Origin: a bacterium
Lineage (GTDB): Bacteria; Krumholzibacteriota; Krumholzibacteriia; G020349025
Direction: 5' to 3'
Length of the DNA stretch: 64,000 nt
Assembly (NCBI GenBank): GCA_031362565.1
Contig: JANLSU010000103.1
Span: 1 to 64,000, forward strand
Shown here: piece after piece, positions 62,465 through 64,000 of the stretch
Numbering within the stretch: position 1 is the first letter of the stretch
Layout: every line of letters starts with the position of its first letter
Translations under genes and position numbers: made by a program
Notes under the pieces: generated by a model
What the model saw: the letters and a program-made list of their open reading frames with translations, nothing else
Database searches by the model: none
Told to the model about the DNA's origin: nothing

Positions 62465-64000
62465 ATGAAGGCCCGATTCGAATTCGTTCTCGCTCCACTC
62501 CATCCCGACCTGCAAGCCGCGCTCTTCGCGGCGTGGCCCGCCGCATCCTTCGATGCCGTGCCGCGCACCGTCGTCGTGCCGACGCGTGCCCTCGGACGGT
62601 TTCTGTTGCGTGAGCGGGCCCGGCTCGGCACCGCGACGTGCGGCGTGCGCACCCTGACCTGGCTCGAACTCGGTCTCGAACTCAGCGCGTCGGAACGCGA
62701 CGCCGAAGCGCGGCGCTTTCTGGGATCCGAAGCCCAGGCCTGGCTCGTGCGCCAATTGCGCGAGACAACGTCACGCGCCCCGACGCCGTTCGATGCGGCG
62801 CTCGACGTGCGCGGGTTTCGCGCCGTCTTGCAGCGCGCGTTCGACGCCCTGTCGCGCGCCGGACTTACGAGCCGCCGTGACGTCGAACGCTTTCTCGTGC
62901 ACCACGGGTTCGATCTGCCGCTCGCCGCGCGGCATGTTCTCGAATTGGGCCTCGCCTATCGCACCAGCTTCGAAGCCACCCACGATGATGCCGCAGCCGT
63001 CCTAGCGCGCGCCGCCCGGGTGCCGGCCGGGCGCTGGCGCGAGGTGCTCGGCACGGCGCATTTGGAGGTGTACGGCTTCGACGCTCTCGATGCGGTCGAG
63101 TTGCAACTGCTGGGGCGTCTTACAACGGAGCCCGGGCTCGATCTCGCGCTCTACATTCCGTACCAGGAAGGCGCCGAGCCGGTCCTGGCACGGCGCGTCC
63201 GTGAACTCGGCGCTCTCGAACGCGCGGTTCCGGCGGCCGTGCCCTACGCGCCCGAGACGCGCTTCGTGGCTGCACCGAGCGATGAGTCCGAGGCCGAAGA
63301 GATTGTCCGGCACTTGCTGCGTGCCGCCGCCGGCGGGATTCGCTTCGATGCCATGGCGGTCGTGGCGCGCAACTCGCGCCGATTGGACCTCGTGCGCTCG
63401 ACGCTCGGGCGATGCGGCGTGCCGTACACGCTGCAGCCGGGTGCGTCGCTGCAAGGCACGCGTTCCGGGCGCGCCTTGGTGGCGTTTTTCGAGGTGCTGG
63501 ATGCAGGCATTCGTCTCGATCCGGTGTTGGCGTTTCTGGCGCTCGCGCCGGTTCGCTGGCACGATTGGGCTGGGCTCGAGACTGACGCCGTGGTGTCGGC
63601 GTGGGAGCGCGCGGCACATGCGGCGGGCGTTGGCCGCGGCCTTGCCGAATGGACCGCGCAACTCGAACGGTACGCAACCGATTTGGAAGCCGAGGCGGCG
63701 CGCCGCGAGGCGGACTCGGAACCGGCGCAGCGGGCCCGCGACGCGGCGCGCGCGGCGCGTGAACTGTTGCAGGTCGTGACCGTGCTCGACGCCGAGGCCG
63801 GGCGCTTTCCGGTCCGCGCGCGCTGGCGCGAATGGGTCGACGCGACGGCCGCGTGGCTCGTGCGCACGTTGGCGCCAAGCGTCGAACTCGACGCTGTGGG
63901 AAGTGCCGTCGGCCGATTGCAGAGCCTGGAAGGTCTCGGCCGTTCGTTGCCATCGCGCGCCGATTTTCGCGATGCGGTTCGCAGTGTGCTCGCCGACGCG
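62465..64000 (+). CDS. AddB/RexB-like helicase-nuclease subunit B, N-terminal part; runs off the window and is not in the ORF track
   Basis: Open frame from ATG 62465: MKARFEFVLAPLHPDL...TVVVPTRALGRFL...GVRTLTWLEL...EVYGFDALDAVELQLL...APSDESEAEEIVRHL...MAVVARNS...LGRCGVPY. This matches the pattern of the inactive helicase-like region of AddB. Confidence 0.65.
   Translation, partial: MKARFEFVLAPLHPDLQAALFAAWPAASFDAVPRTVVVPTRALGRFLLRERARLGTATCGVRTLTWLELGLELSASERDAEARRFLGSEAQAWLVRQLRETTSRAPTPFDAALDVRGFRAVLQRAFDALSRAGLTSRRDVERFLVHHGFDLPLAARHVLELGLAYRTSFEATHDDAAAVLARAARVPAGRWREVLGTAHLEVYGFDALDAVELQLLGRLTTEPGLDLALYIPYQEGAEPVLARRVRELGALERAVPAAVPYAPETRFVAAPSDESEAEEIVRHLLRAAAGGIRFDAMAVVARNSRRLDLVRSTLGRCGVPYTLQPGASLQGTRSGRALVAFFEVLDAGIRLDPVLAFLALAPVRWHDWAGLETDAVVSAWERAAHAAGVGRGLAEWTAQLERYATDLEAEAARREADSEPAQRARDAARAARELLQVVTVLDAEAGRFPVRARWREWVDATAAWLVRTLAPSVELDAVGSAVGRLQSLEGLGRSLPSRADFRDAVRSVLADA

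Overview
High-GC 64 kb chromosomal segment with about 38 protein-coding genes. No rRNA, tRNA, CRISPR array or mobile element was seen. A TonB-dependent receptor indicates a diderm. The gene mix (PD40-type Ser/Thr kinase, GS type III, M28-PA-PDZ peptidase, TPP-regulated SusC/BtuB-like receptor) suggests an FCB-group or Latescibacterota-like lineage; this is inference only. The first ~165 nt look like a low-quality contig end. Best candidate for an undescribed system: a translationally coupled two-gene operon at 7523-16620. It encodes (i) an 856 aa VAO/GlcD-type flavoprotein with four CxxCxxCxxxC Fe-S motifs but without the usual metal-binding His motifs, and (ii) a 2176 aa glutamate-synthase-like protein with reordered domains: degenerate FMN barrel, intact FMN/Fe-S synthase domain, Ala/Pro linker, class II amidotransferase, GXGXG beta-helix. 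The amidotransferase nucleophile (EHDS-C) is internal at Cys1155, so the protein would need cleavage into two subunits to be active. Other notable items: a sigma54-type promoter ahead of an aminosugar transaminase and a 1749 aa methyltransferase/5xGT2/TPR protein; a structured, RBS-sequestering leader on glutamine synthetase III; sod divergent from egtB-cydAB; tandem ATP-grasp paralogs; a compact TPP riboswitch; gmd-rmd-GT4; three apparently leaderless genes; an intergenic G4 tract; and a strand-specific long hairpin. An AddB-like gene missing from the ORF track runs off the right edge. Several start codons were moved from the ORF track using RBS and stop/start overlap evidence. All assignments come from motif recognition by eye; no searches were run.
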